NCBI RefSeq assembly: GCF_009914755.1
Contig: NC_060936.1
Strand: one strand, 5' to 3'
Length of the DNA stretch: 64,000 bases
Source: the human T2T-CHM13v2.0 reference genome, Homo sapiens
Position 1 is the stretch's first letter. Every line of letters begins with the position of its first letter. The position numbers and the translations under genes were made by a program. The notes under the pieces were generated by a model. It had not been told where the DNA came from. It saw only the letters and a program-made list of their open reading frames with translations, and did not search any database. Below, in pieces: positions 29,701 through 41,235 of this stretch.

Positions 29701-30719
29701 CCTTTCTCCCGAGTATTCAGAAGCAGCAGAGGCATGCAGCCTGCCACCTTGAACTGGGGGCATCCATACACTCAGCCTTTCTCCTTGGTTTTTCTCACCC
29801 GCCGCCTGATTTCTTTCAGCCTCCTTGGCTGCTGCATGGCTCATTTGCCTGACTTCGAGAACCAAGATCAGACGTGGAAGAGACCAGAGCAGGCCGGGAG
29901 CTGCGTGTGGAAGGCGGGGTGTCCTTTCAGTAGCTGGGAACACTCCTTTGAGAGATGCTTGCCAAAGTTGTTTTATTTTTAATTTTTCCCTCTTATAAAA
30001 GAAGCGTATAGTCATTAAAGAAAGATTTGGAAATAGTAGAAAGAAGATATTTTAATCGCCTGTTTCTCCAAAAGAAACGTGTTTTCTTGTTGGCATATTT
30101 CCTGCCAGTGTTTTTTTGTTGCCCGAGTTTTATCATTACTATGAAGCAGGAGGTGGGACAGGGGTGTCCTCGCCTGCATTGCCAGGGGTCTGCCTGCTCC
30201 CCCACTGCTCCCAGTGAGGGAGGAATCTCTTCAAAGACTAAGCCCTCAATGCCATGCTCCCTACTGGAGGGGAGAGGAGAGCCCAGCAGGAGGAAGATCC
30301 AAAAGAGAATGAAACAGAAGCTCCTTATGATGCTGGAGTGGTGGGGTGGAGCTGGGGGGTGAGACGAACACAAGGAAGACGACAGAACTGCAGAGGCGCA
30401 GAGGGTTAGCAGGAACATGGAGGCTGTATCTGTCATCAGGAAAGAGGCCTGGGAGGTGGGCGTGAAGACTCTGGTTGGGGAACATCAGGAGGTGAGGCAG
30501 GAGATGTGTGTTGGGGCCATATCATTAGTTTTGGTGCCTGGCTAAGGAACTTGTTCTTAATTGAATGGGTATGAGGCACCAGCCATTGAAGGCATGGCAA
30601 GAACCAAGGCCACCCCCCGGGAGCTCCAGGCTGGATGGGGGTCTCTTCTATCTGGCTCCAGGGCTCTGACACCCTCCCTCCCAACCCCACCACCACCCCT
30701 GCCCACTCCACGTTGTTAG

Positions 30720-30859
30720 GTGTGGACGATGGCGCTGACATCCCCAGGGAGCTGGTGGTAGGCATCTATGAGAGGATACAGCAGAAGGAGCTCAAGTCCA
30801 ATGAGGACCACGTCACGTACGTCACCAAGGTGGAGAAGTCCATTGTGGGCATGAAGACA
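30720..30859 (+). CDS. IQSEC3: IQSEC3 exon 8 (end of Sec7, linker)
   Basis: ttgttag|GT GTG GAC; [46 protein letters not shown]; donor ACA|gtgagt, phase 0. Confidence 0.97.
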
Positions 30860-31920
30860 GTGAGTGTCCACAAGCTACCTATCTCCCGTCTCCTTTCCTT
30901 TCTTTCTTCCTGGCATCTCTTCCCATTCTCCTTCTTACCTTTCCAAAACTCTTTTTTCATATTCATTCACATGATAGTTATGAAGTACCTACTGTGTGCC
31001 GGACACTGCATCTCTTTTTTTTTTCTTGCCTGATTTCCTCATTGCCTCTTGCCACCCGATACTGCAGCAGGAGAGACGGAGATGAGATGTCAGGAAGGAC
31101 TGCCCAGTGGTCTAGGGTGGAAGCATCTGGGTGGCCAGATGAGATTTAGTATCCCTTTCCTAGGACAGCATGACTACCAGGCATTCCTGGATGGTCCTGA
31201 TGAGTGGAAGGCAGGAAATGGGCTCAATAGGCTCCAGGCTGTGGCATCACCATAGATTTGTCCTATTGGTAGTGACCTGTGTCCCAGGCAGCATGTTCCA
31301 AGCCTGCCATGATTTTTAAAGTGGGACTTCTCTGTAGGCTACTACACTTTATACTATAAAGGATGTCATGGGGGTTCCAGTTCCTCCTCCTCATATTCTT
31401 GCCTCAGGGGACGGTGTGGGAGAGTTTGGAGACCTCTTCTGAGGCCCTGCACTGGGCTCCCTCCTCCCAGTCTGTGCAGGGACAGGCTTTTCTGCTTTGA
31501 GAGCCTTTATTGCTGAGGTCTCAGCATCTGTCGGGTTGCAAGCGACTGGTTTGTCTTACACGCTGGAGTAGATGCCAGGTGTCTCTGTGATCCCTTCGCT
31601 CTCGCACACCTGCATCTCTGCAGTAGAGAAAGGGTGGAGGTGTCATATCTGCAGGCCGCAGCCTGGGGCAGGGGATGCCCTCAAGGTTACGGAGGGAAGC
31701 AGGTTGACAGTGGCTGGACTGGAACAGCCTGCAAGCTCTTCTCAATTTCCTATTCCTGTCCCTCTATCCCCTCATTTACTGTGGCTCAGTGGGCCCCTTC
31801 TCTGGCCGTGCTCCCCAAGAAGCATGACAGGGATGAGCCCTGGGACAGGGGGTGAGCGTGCGAGGGAAAGAGCCTCAGACGAGGAGAGAGAAGGATGAGA
31901 GTCAAGTCCAGGCCCCAGGA

Positions 31921-34900
31921 CAGAACCGGAGCCCCTCCCCTCCCCCTCCACAGAACCGGACCCCTCCCCTCTCCTCCCTCCACAGAACCGGAGCCCTCCC
32001 CTCTCCCTCCACAGAACCGGACCCCTCCCCTCCCCCTCCACAGAACCGGACCCCTCCCCTCTCCCTCCACAGAACCGGACCCCTCCCCTCCCCCTCCACA
32101 GAACCGGAGCCCTCCCCTCTCCTCCCTCCACAGAACCGGACCCCTCCCCTCTCCTCCCTCCACAGAACCGGAGCCCTCCCCTCTCCTCCCTCCACAGAAC
32201 CGGACCCCTCCCCTCTCCCTCCACAGAACCGGACCCCTCCCCTCCCCCTCCACAGAACCGGAGCCCTCCCCTCTCCTCCCTCCACAGAACCGGACCCCTC
32301 CCCTCTCCTCCCTCCACAGAACCGGACCCCTCCCCTCTCCTCCCTCCACAGAACCGGAGCCCTCCCCTCTCCCTCCACAGAACCGGACCCCTCCCCTCTC
32401 CTCCCTCCACAGAACCGGACCCCTCCCCTCTCCTCCCTCCACAGAACCGGAGCCCTCCCCTCTCCCTCCACAGAACCGGACCCCTCCCCTCTCCTCCCTC
32501 CACAGAACCGGACCCCTCCCCTCTCCTCCCTCCACAGAACCGGACCCCTCCCCTCTCCTCCCTCCACAGAACCGGACCCCTCCCCTCTCCTCCCTCCACA
32601 GAACCGGACCCCTCCCCTCTCCTCCCTCCACAGAACCGGAGCCCTCCCCTCTCCCTCCACAGAACCGGACCCCTCCCCTCTCCTCCCTCCACAGAACCGG
32701 ACCCCTCCCCTCTCCCTCCACAGAACCGGACCCCTCCCCTCTCCTCCCTCCACAGAACCGGACCCCTCCCCTCTCCTCCCTCCACAGAACCGGAGCCCTC
32801 CCCTCTCCTCCCTCCACAGAACCGGACCCCTCCCCTCCCCTCCCTCCACAGAACCGGACCCCTCCCCTCTCCTCCCTCCACAGAACCGGACCCCTCCCCT
32901 CTCCTCCCTCCACAGAACCGGAGCCCTCCCCTCTCCCTCCACAGAACCGGAGCCCTCCCCTCTCCTCCCTCCACAGAACCGGACCCCTCCCCTCTCCTCC
33001 CTCCACAGAACCGGAGCCCTCCCCTCCCCTCCCTCCACAGAACCGGACCCCTCCCCTCTCCTCCCTCCACAGAACCGGACCCCTCCCCTCTCCCTTCACA
33101 GAACCGGACCCCTCCCCTCCCCTCCACAGAACCGGACCCCTCCCCTCTCCTCCCTCCATAGAACCGGACCCCTCCCCTCCCCTCCACAGAAACGGACCCC
33201 TCCCCTCTCCTCCCTCCACAGAAACGGAGCCCTCCCCTCTCCTCCCTCCACAGAACCGGAGCCCTCCCCTCTCCCTCCACAGAACCGGACCCCTCCCCTC
33301 CCCTCCACAGAACCGGACCCCTCCCCTCCCCTCCACAGAACCGGACCCCTCCCCTCTCCCTCCACAGAACCGGACCCCTCCCCTCTCCTCCCTCCACAGA
33401 ACCGGACCCCTCCCCTCTCCTCCCTCCACAGAACCGGACCCCTCCCCTCCCCCTCCACAGAACCGGACCCCTCCCCTCTCCCTCCACAGAACCGGACCCC
33501 TCCCCTCTCCTCCCTCCACAGAACCGGACCCCTCCCCTCTCCCTCCACAGAACCGGACCCCTCCCCTCCCCTCCACAGAACCGGACCCCTCCCCTCTCCT
33601 CCCTCCACAGAACCGGAGCCCTCCCCTCCCCTCCCTCCACAGAACCGGAGCCCTCCCCTCCCCCTCCACAGAACCGGACCCCTCCCCTCTCCTCCCTCCA
33701 CAGAACCGGACCCCTCCCCTCTCCCTCCACAGAACCGGACCCCTCCCCTCTCCTCCCTCCACAGAACCGGACCCCTCCCCTCCCCTCCCTCCACAGAACC
33801 GGACCCCTTCCCTCTCCTCCCTCCACAGAACCGGACCCCTCCCCTCCCCCTCCACAGAACCGGACCCCTCCCCTCTCCTCCCTCCACAGAACCGGACCCC
33901 TCCCCTCCCCCTCCACAGAACCGGACCCCTCCCCTCTCCTCCCTCCACAGAACCGGACCCCTCCCCTCCCCTCCGCAGAACCGGACCCCTCCCCTCCCCT
34001 CCACAGAACCGGACCCCTCCCCTCTCCTCCCTCCACAGAACCGGACCCCTCCCCTCCCCCTCCTCAGAACCGGACCCCTCCCCTCTCCTCCCTCCACAGA
34101 ACCGGACCCCTCCCCTCTCCTCCCTCCACAGAACCGGACCCCTCCCCTCTCCCTCCACAGAACCGGACCCCTCCCCTCCCCCTCCACAGAACCGGAGCCC
34201 TCCCCTCCCCCTCCACAGAACCGGAGCCCTCCCCTCTCCTACCTCCACAGAACCGGAGCCCTCCCCTCTCCTCCCTCCACAGAACCGGAGCCCTCCCCTC
34301 CCCTCCACAGAACCGGACCCCTCCCCTCTCCTCCCTCCACAGAACCGGACCCCTCCCCTCCCCTCCACAGAACCGGAGCCCTCCCCTCTCCTCCCTCCAC
34401 AGAACCGGACCCCTCCCCTCTCCCTCCACAGAACCGGAGCCCTCCCCTCCCCCTCCACAGAACCGGAGCCCTCCCCTCCCCCTCCACAGAACCGGAGCCC
34501 TCCCCTCCCCTCCCCTCCACAGAACCGGAGCCCTCCCCTCTCCTCCCTCCACAGAACCGGACCCCTCCCCTCTCCCTCCACAGAACGGGACCCCTCCCCT
34601 CCCCCTCCACAGAACCGGACCCCTCCCCTCCCCTCCACAGAACCGGACCCCTCCCCTCCCCTCCACAGAACCGGAGCCCTCCCCTCCCCTCCACAGAACC
34701 GGAGCCCTCCTCTCCCCCTCCACAGAACCGGACCCCTCCCCTCTCCTCCCTCCACAGAACCGGAGCCCTCCCCTCCCCTCCCTCCACAGAACCGGAGCCC
34801 TCCCCTCCCCCTCCACAGAACCGGAGCCCTCCCCTCCCCCTCCACAGAACCGGACCCCTCCCCTCTCCTCCCTCCACAGAACCGGACCCCTCCCCTCCCC

Positions 34901-35530
34901 TCCCTCCACAGAACCGGAGCCCTCCCCTCTCCTCCCTCCACAGAACCGGACCCCTCCCCTCCCCCTCCACAGAACCGGACCCCTCCCTTCCCCTCCCTCC
35001 ACAGAACCGGAGCCCTCCCCTCCCCTCCCCTCCACAGAACCGGACCCCTCCCCTCCCCCTCCACAGAACCGGACCCCTCCCCTCTCCTCCCTCCACAGAA
35101 CCGGACCCCTCCCCTCTCCTCCCTCCACAGAACCGGAGCCCTCCCCTCTCCTCCCTCCACAGAACCGGAGCCCTCCCCTCTCCCTCCACAGAACCGGACC
35201 CCTCCCCTCTCCTCCCTCCACAGAACCGGACCCCTCCCCTCCCCTCCCTCCACAGAACCGGAGCCCTCCCCTCCCCTCCCTCCACAGAACCGGACCCCTC
35301 CCCTCCCCTCCCTCCACAGAACCGGACCCCTCCCCTCTCCTCCCTCCACAGAACCGGACCCCTCCCCTCTCCTCCCTCCACAGAACCGGACCCCTCCCCT
35401 CTCCCTCCACAGAACCGGACCCCTCCCCTCTCCTCCCTCCACAGAACCGGACCCCTCCCCTCTCCTCCCTCCACAGAACCGGACCCCTCCCCTCTCCTCC
35501 CTCCACAGAACCGGACCCCTCCCCTCTCCC
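31921..35530. repeat. ~3.6 kb C-rich VNTR in IQSEC3 intron 8
   Basis: Core cagaaccgga(c/g)ccctcccct plus a variable C/T spacer and cctcca; units mainly 28, 29, 32 or 33 nt; roughly 115-120 copies (estimated from length). Confidence 0.99.
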
Positions 35531-35620
35531 GGGCTGTCTCCTCTTCTGGAAAATGGGCGCGTGGGTGGGGAGGCCTCCAGGCCTCTGGTCTCTCCCGCTG
35601 AGCGCCCTGCCCGCGTGCAG

Positions 35621-35746
35621 GTGCTGTCCGTGCCCCACCGCCGCCTGGTGTGCTGCAGCCGGCTCTTCGAGGTGACGGATGTGAACAAGCTGCAGAAGCA
35701 GGCAGCGCATCAGAGGGAGGTGTTCCTCTTCAATGACCTGCTGGTG
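35621..35746 (+). CDS. IQSEC3: IQSEC3 exon 9 (PH domain start)
   Basis: gtgcag|GTG CTG TCC; [42 protein letters not shown]; donor GTG|gtgagt. Confidence 0.97.
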
Positions 35747-36224
35747 GTGAGTGGCCTCCGCTCCGGGACTGGGCTGGGCTGGGGCTGCCTCTGCCGCCCT
35801 GGTCAGCCTGGGCAGGGTCCCTGAAGTGGGCAGGAAAGGACGCCCAGAGCTTTCAGACAGAATGCCTGTTCCGTGGGACGGATCTGCCTTCATGGTGCTT
35901 TCACACCGTGGGCGTGAGGGGGCTCAGGCAGACATGCTAATTCCTACCTCGTAAGTCATGACACCGAGACGTCAGATGATCTGCTCGTGGTTGCACAAAC
36001 TGTTAACGAACTAGTTCCCAGACCACTGGCCTCTCCACGTTACAGGAAGCCCAGGACAGGGAGTGCACAGGGCTGTGCCTCAGACCCCAGGGCCTGGGAG
36101 GAGCAGGGCCTAGGTGGAGCATGCTCTGTCCCTGGGCCTAGGCGAGGCTGGTGTGTGTGTGTGCGTGCACACACATACACACATCTGTACCCACAGATAC
36201 TTTTTTTGCTCTTTGAAAAGAAGT

Positions 36225-37390
36225 ATCCATTCAACAAATATTTGATCAGCGTTGACCATGTGCCAGGCATCATTGTAGGTCTGGAAAACTGGTGAGCAGG
36301 ACTGGAGCAGGGCTTGTGTCTCCCTCGCACCGGCCCTCTCTATCCATGAGCCACGTTGGCACTGCCTCCAAAGTGATCACAAGCCTGAACCACCTCTCAC
36401 CACCTCCACTACTACAGTCTTAGTGCACGCCTGGTACATTCAGTGAACCACATCAGCCTCCACACGGCTCTCCCCACCCCCCTGAGAGCAGCAGCGTGAT
36501 CTCTCTGGAGTGCACATCAGGCCACGTGTCCCCTTTCCCTAACCTGCCTCCCCGCCCTCTCCTCAGCCCTGGGAGGCGCCTCCCTCCTGTGGGCCAGGCC
36601 TTTGTACTTGCTGCTCCTTCTTGCAAAGCTCCTCCAGACCTTGCACTCTCCTCTTGCCTTCCTGGCCTCCTCCTTTTCATTCAAGTCTCAAATCACTTTT
36701 GATTCCTTACCCTGTTTCATTTTCTTCAAAACACGTAGCACTTTGGTTTTGTTTTTTTGCTGTTATGCTTTATTGTTTGATCACCTGATGGACACTGTGA
36801 CACTCCACATTCCATAAGCACCTTAAGGGCAGGGGCTCTGTCCTGAGTTCTCCTGTATCTCCAGGGCTCAGCTCACAGAAGCTGCTGAATAGAAATTTGT
36901 TTATTAAGCAACCAGATGACTTTACTAAAACGAGCTTTCATTTTAGTAGGGGAGGGAGATAGAAAATAATTAAGAAACAGACAAACAAGATAATATCAGA
37001 TTGGGGGAAGGCACTATGAAGGCCACAAACCAGGTGATAGTACAGAGAGTGACTGGAGTTAAGGGCCAGGTTTGGGCTTGCTTTGGTTTGTTTTTTAGAG
37101 GAGGTGATCCAGGAAGGCATCTCTAAGGAGGTAGCATTTGAGACTTAAGTAATGAGAGTAATGCAGCCGTGCAAAAAGCTGCCGGGAGAGCTGTGGAGTG
37201 GGAACAGTGTATGCGAGGGGCCCACAGTGGAACTGAGCTTGCCCTTCTCAAGCTACAGCAGGGAGGACACTTGGGCAGAAGGCCAGAGTAAGGCAAGGAC
37301 CACATCAGGTGGGTTTTACAGGCCAGCTCAGGCGCCGTGGCTTGGCTTCTAAGTACAGAGGGAATAACCACTGTAGGGTTTTGTGCAGTG
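36225..37390. mobile_element. L2 fragments
   Basis: cattcaacaaatatttgatcagc...tgtgccaggc and other L2-like segments; recognised by eye. Confidence 0.55.
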
Positions 37391-37560
37391 AAGAAGCACA
37401 TTTTGGGATAGTGTGTGCACATATATGTATATCTGTACCTGTATGTGCACATTCATCACTGCGTGGGTTTGTGTGATCGTGCATCCCCCGGGTGTTTGTG
37501 CATCCATGTGTCCGTGAGTGTCTGTTCATCAGCGCATGCCTGTTTCCCTCTCCTGAACAG

Positions 37561-37660
37561 ATTCTCAAACTTTGCCCGAAGAAGAAGAGCTCCTCCACGT
37601 ACACCTTCTGCAAGTCAGTTGGCCTGCTGGGCATGCAGTTCCAGCTCTTTGAGAACGAGT
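37561..37660 (+). CDS. IQSEC3: IQSEC3 exon 10 (PH)
   Basis: gaacag|ATT CTC AAA; [33 protein letters not shown]; donor T|gtaagt. Confidence 0.96.
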
Positions 37661-37855
37661 GTAAGTCTTTGACAGCCAGTGTAAGTCTTTGAGAAGGAAT
37701 GAATGGATGAAATGGCTGGGGCGAGTTGAGGGAGAAGGGCTGGACAGCAGAGTGGGTGGAGGCATGAGACCCCGTGCCCTCCTCATGTCTGGCTGGCTCC
37801 GGCCCTCGGCTGCTGCTGCTCACAGCCCACTGGGGGCCTGGGGTCTGCTTTCCAG

Positions 37856-38017
37856 ATTACTCTCATGGCATCACACTGGTGACCCCGCTCTCGGGCTCCG
37901 AGAAGAAGCAGGTGCTGCATTTCTGTGCCCTGGGCTCGGACGAGATGCAGAAGTTCGTGGAGGACCTGAAGGAGTCCATTGCTGAGGTGACGGAGCTGGA
38001 GCAGATCCGAATAGAGT
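37856..38017 (+). CDS. IQSEC3: IQSEC3 exon 11 (PH)
   Basis: ttccag|AT TAC TCT; [53 protein letters not shown]; donor T|gtaagg. Confidence 0.96.
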
Positions 38018-39727
38018 GTAAGGACGCGGGCTCCCGAGGCAGCTGGTGGGGGTTCCCATTCAGCAAGGGACAGGGGCAGCTTGAGACAGACATGCCTGAC
38101 TCCAGGGAGCTGGCCCCACTTCGGACCCTCCCCGTGTCCAGGCCCCACCGCACCACACTCCCACAGCCCGGGTGGGAGCACCGGTTCCCATGTTTCTTCA
38201 CAATTAAAGTGAGGCTTGCTAGAGTGCACAGACGTGTGTACACAGATCAGCAGGCATGTGGGGCTGCGCGTGGGCCTCTTGGAACAGAGAGCTCTGCTGT
38301 TTTACCAGGATGACCAAGCGAGCTGGCCAGGCAGGCCCATGGGGCTCTGGTGCGTTCCTTCCCACCAAACCGTCTGCTGTCACCTCCCCCACTGTGGCCC
38401 AAGTCTGTACACTGCATCTGGTTGGCCTCATTTCTTCACTCTCTTTTAATCTTGAATCATCCCTCCACTTCATTTTTTTTAAAACATTGTCCTTTTGAAG
38501 AGTCTAGGCTGCCTTCTTACTATCCCGCATCTTACAGTAGTCTCTGTTCCTATAAGGAATGCTTAGATTCTAGATTGTTCCATTCAGGCATTTTAGAGAA
38601 TATGTGGGTCTCTTTCTGTGTCCAGGTGGTTTACTGGCTGCTGTGGGGTTAAGGGAAGAGAGGCAAGGGCCTGCAACCTGTACCCATCTGCAAGCTTGTC
38701 CTGATTAAGCATCACGGAGGCGCCAGATAGCCTTTAAGGGAAGACTAAATAAGAACAGATTCAGAAACTGAAACAGAAAATGAAAATAGGCTTCAGGCCT
38801 GCCTCTATGGCCACTTAGTTATAAAGTGTTTCTGAACTAATATCTGTCCATTAGGCGCTAGGAAAGGCAGGGAGAGTTTTTGAGCAGGGGATGAATGTGA
38901 CAGGCTGGTGCTTTTGAATCATCATTTTTGAGGCTCCTACTACACACTAAGCAGTTTATTTCTGTTGTGTGGATCCTCATAGTGACGCTGCAAGGTAGGT
39001 GCATTGACCCCACTCTGCAGCTGAGGCTCGGAGTTCAGCCGCGTGTCCAGGTCGCGCATGTTAGAAACTGTCATTTTCATTTACGTTTGATTCTATACTT
39101 TCCACTGGAGAGTGAGAGAAGAGGTTCTGTTTATTTTTTTCTAAGGAAACAATTTAAACCAGGGTAAAATGGGATCCATCAGACTGGACTCTGGAACTCA
39201 GGTAACTGCTTGGTGGGGAGGGGCGCGTGGAAACTCCCTTCCTTCAATCTGTTGGCTTATTTGAGTTCAGTGGTGAAACAAACAGATTCTTTTCAAGGGC
39301 TGGACCGGATCCCCAGAGAGGCCGCCTCTGCTGTTTTTCTGGAGCATTTTCAAGGAAGCACCTTGAAATGGCTTCACGTCTCTCATTGTCTAACTGTCCC
39401 AGATGGCTCCGCACTGCCCTGGGGGGCCGTAGCACACCAAGTGGCACCAGCATTGCTGGGAGAGGCACTTTCCCCCATCAGCCCAGGAGCAGCACATACC
39501 CCGCTTCCCAAAGTCACAGAGGAGCAGATAGCGTCAGAATCTGTCATGTCAGGAGGTGAATATCCTCTCCTGCTGCCTCAAGGGTAAAAGAGCAGGAAGA
39601 AAGGCTCATGCTTGGCCCTTAGTCTTCACTGGAGAGAAAGGGAAGGAACAGCTGAGGGAAGAGGAAGGGTAGGCCAGGGAGACAGGGAGGAAAGGAAGCC
39701 AGGAAAAAAAAAAAAAAAAAGAAAATG

Positions 39728-39850
39728 GGCTGGGCTCAGTGGCTCACACCTGTAATCCTAGCACTCTGGGAAGCTCAGGAGGGAGGATTGCTTGAGCCCA
39801 GAAGCTCAAGAACAGCCAACACAGCGAGTCCTCGTCTCTACAAAAAAGAA
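39728..39850 (+). mobile_element. Alu left monomer (FLAM-like)
   Basis: ggctgggctcagtggctcacacctgtaatcc...gtctctacaaaaaa; TSD-like aagaaaatgg on both sides. Confidence 0.85.
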
Positions 39851-40634
39851 AAGAAAATGGAAAACAGTATCAGCTACCATTTATTGAGGACTAATCCTCA
39901 CAACAGCTTTCCACAGTGGGCATCATTTTACAAGTAAGGAAACAGGCTAAAAGCACTTAGGGAAGTTGTCCAAGTTCACAGTCAGTGACAAAACAAGGTT
40001 TGCATCCAATGGCCCAGGACTCCTCACTTGTAATTATCAGGCTAATTTCTCCAAAGCCAAGAGAGCCCCTCTGTGGGGAGAGAAACAACTCTCAGTTGAG
40101 TAGAAATATTTAGCATTGATCGATGGGATGGTGTGATTTAGGCAATCAGGACAAATTGTTCTGGTTTGGGGGCCTACGGTTCAGTGTCCCTGGTTTCTAG
40201 ACAACCAGAGAGACTGAAAATGGAGCCCAGGAGAGTAGCTTTAATAAAAGGAACTTGAGTTATGTCTCCTGGAAAAGAGAAGCGGGAGGAGTGATTTAAT
40301 AATCATGTCAAATCTCCAAGGATGGCAGCCGGCAGTTCTGTAGCTCCACTGAGAGAAGAACAAGAAGGAACAGGTTTCCAATCCAGTGAGAGGAATTAAA
40401 GTTGAGTACCTAGACAGATGTCCTAGCCCTGCAGGCTTGTAGCTTCCACACCCTCGGTGTGGACTTTCCTCCTTGGGAGAGATTTGAACACCTTGCGGAG
40501 GCTCAGCCGGCCAGGCAGGCTCTGTCCTCCCAGGCAGGCTCCGTCCTCCCAGGCGCCGGGTGGAGAGGTGGGTGTCACCCCTGTCAGCAGGCTCTGCTGT
40601 GCCAAGTGCGTTTCACACAATGTAACAAAACTGA

Positions 40635-40693
40635 TACAGGTTGGTGCTAAAGTAATTGCGGTTTTTGCCATTACTTTCGCACAAACCTTAATA
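40635..40693. mobile_element. MADE1 (Hsmar1 MITE), internally deleted
   Basis: aggttggtgctaaagtaattgcggtttttgccattacttt matches the left half of MADE1, then cgcacaaacct matches the end of the right TIR. Confidence 0.85.
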
Positions 40694-41142
40694 CTTAAGG
40701 AGTACAGGTCACTAGCCAGGCCTTGTGCTTTATGTGTATCTCCCACGCAGTCCTCTTAATGACACCGTGAAGTGGGCCTGGCTGTCCTCTCGAGTGAGGC
40801 ATGGAGAGGTTGGGTAACTTGCCTAAAACCACACAGCCAGGGAGTGTCAGGACCAGGACCCAAACCCAGGCAGTTCACCTCCCTCACATCGGCCTCTTCT
40901 GTGCCTCTCTGACGTTCAAGCAGATAGGATCATCCCCATGTACAGATGAGGAAACTGCGGCTCCGAGGGGGTATTTAACTTGCTATTCAGTGGTGGGGCC
41001 AGACCCGAGGTCCGTGTTTCACAGCATGTACTGGGACCTCTCCTCCTCTTCCTCCCCTTTCTGCTGGCCCCTCATTTCCTGCCTCGCCTCTGTGTGGTTG
41101 AGGTTAAGGTTTCTCTTGCTCACGGGCCTCTGCATTCCTTAG

Positions 41143-41235
41143 GGGAGCTGGAGAAGCAGCAGGGAACAAAGACACTCTCCTTCAAGCCCTGCGGAGCCCA
41201 GGGGGACCCACAGTCAAAGCAAGGATCGCCGACAG
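41143..41235 (+). CDS. IQSEC3: IQSEC3 exon 12
   Basis: ttccttag|GG GAG CTG; [30 protein letters not shown]; donor G|gtgagc. Confidence 0.95.

Noticed and set aside
31921-35530. CRISPR-like appearance (conserved core plus variable spacer)
   Set aside because: The spacers are only C/T length variants, not unique sequences; human intron with no cas genes
31921-35530. PRDM9 CCNCCNTNNCCNC or CTCF motif within the unit
   Set aside because: A manual check of the common units found no full match; CCCTC alone is not a CTCF site
31772-35893. Very long minus-strand Gly/Glu/Arg-rich ORFs (up to 1300 aa) and the second plus-strand ORF 31852-35601
   Set aside because: Artefacts of a repeat unit with no stop codons; most use non-ATG starts, and several end at single variant units
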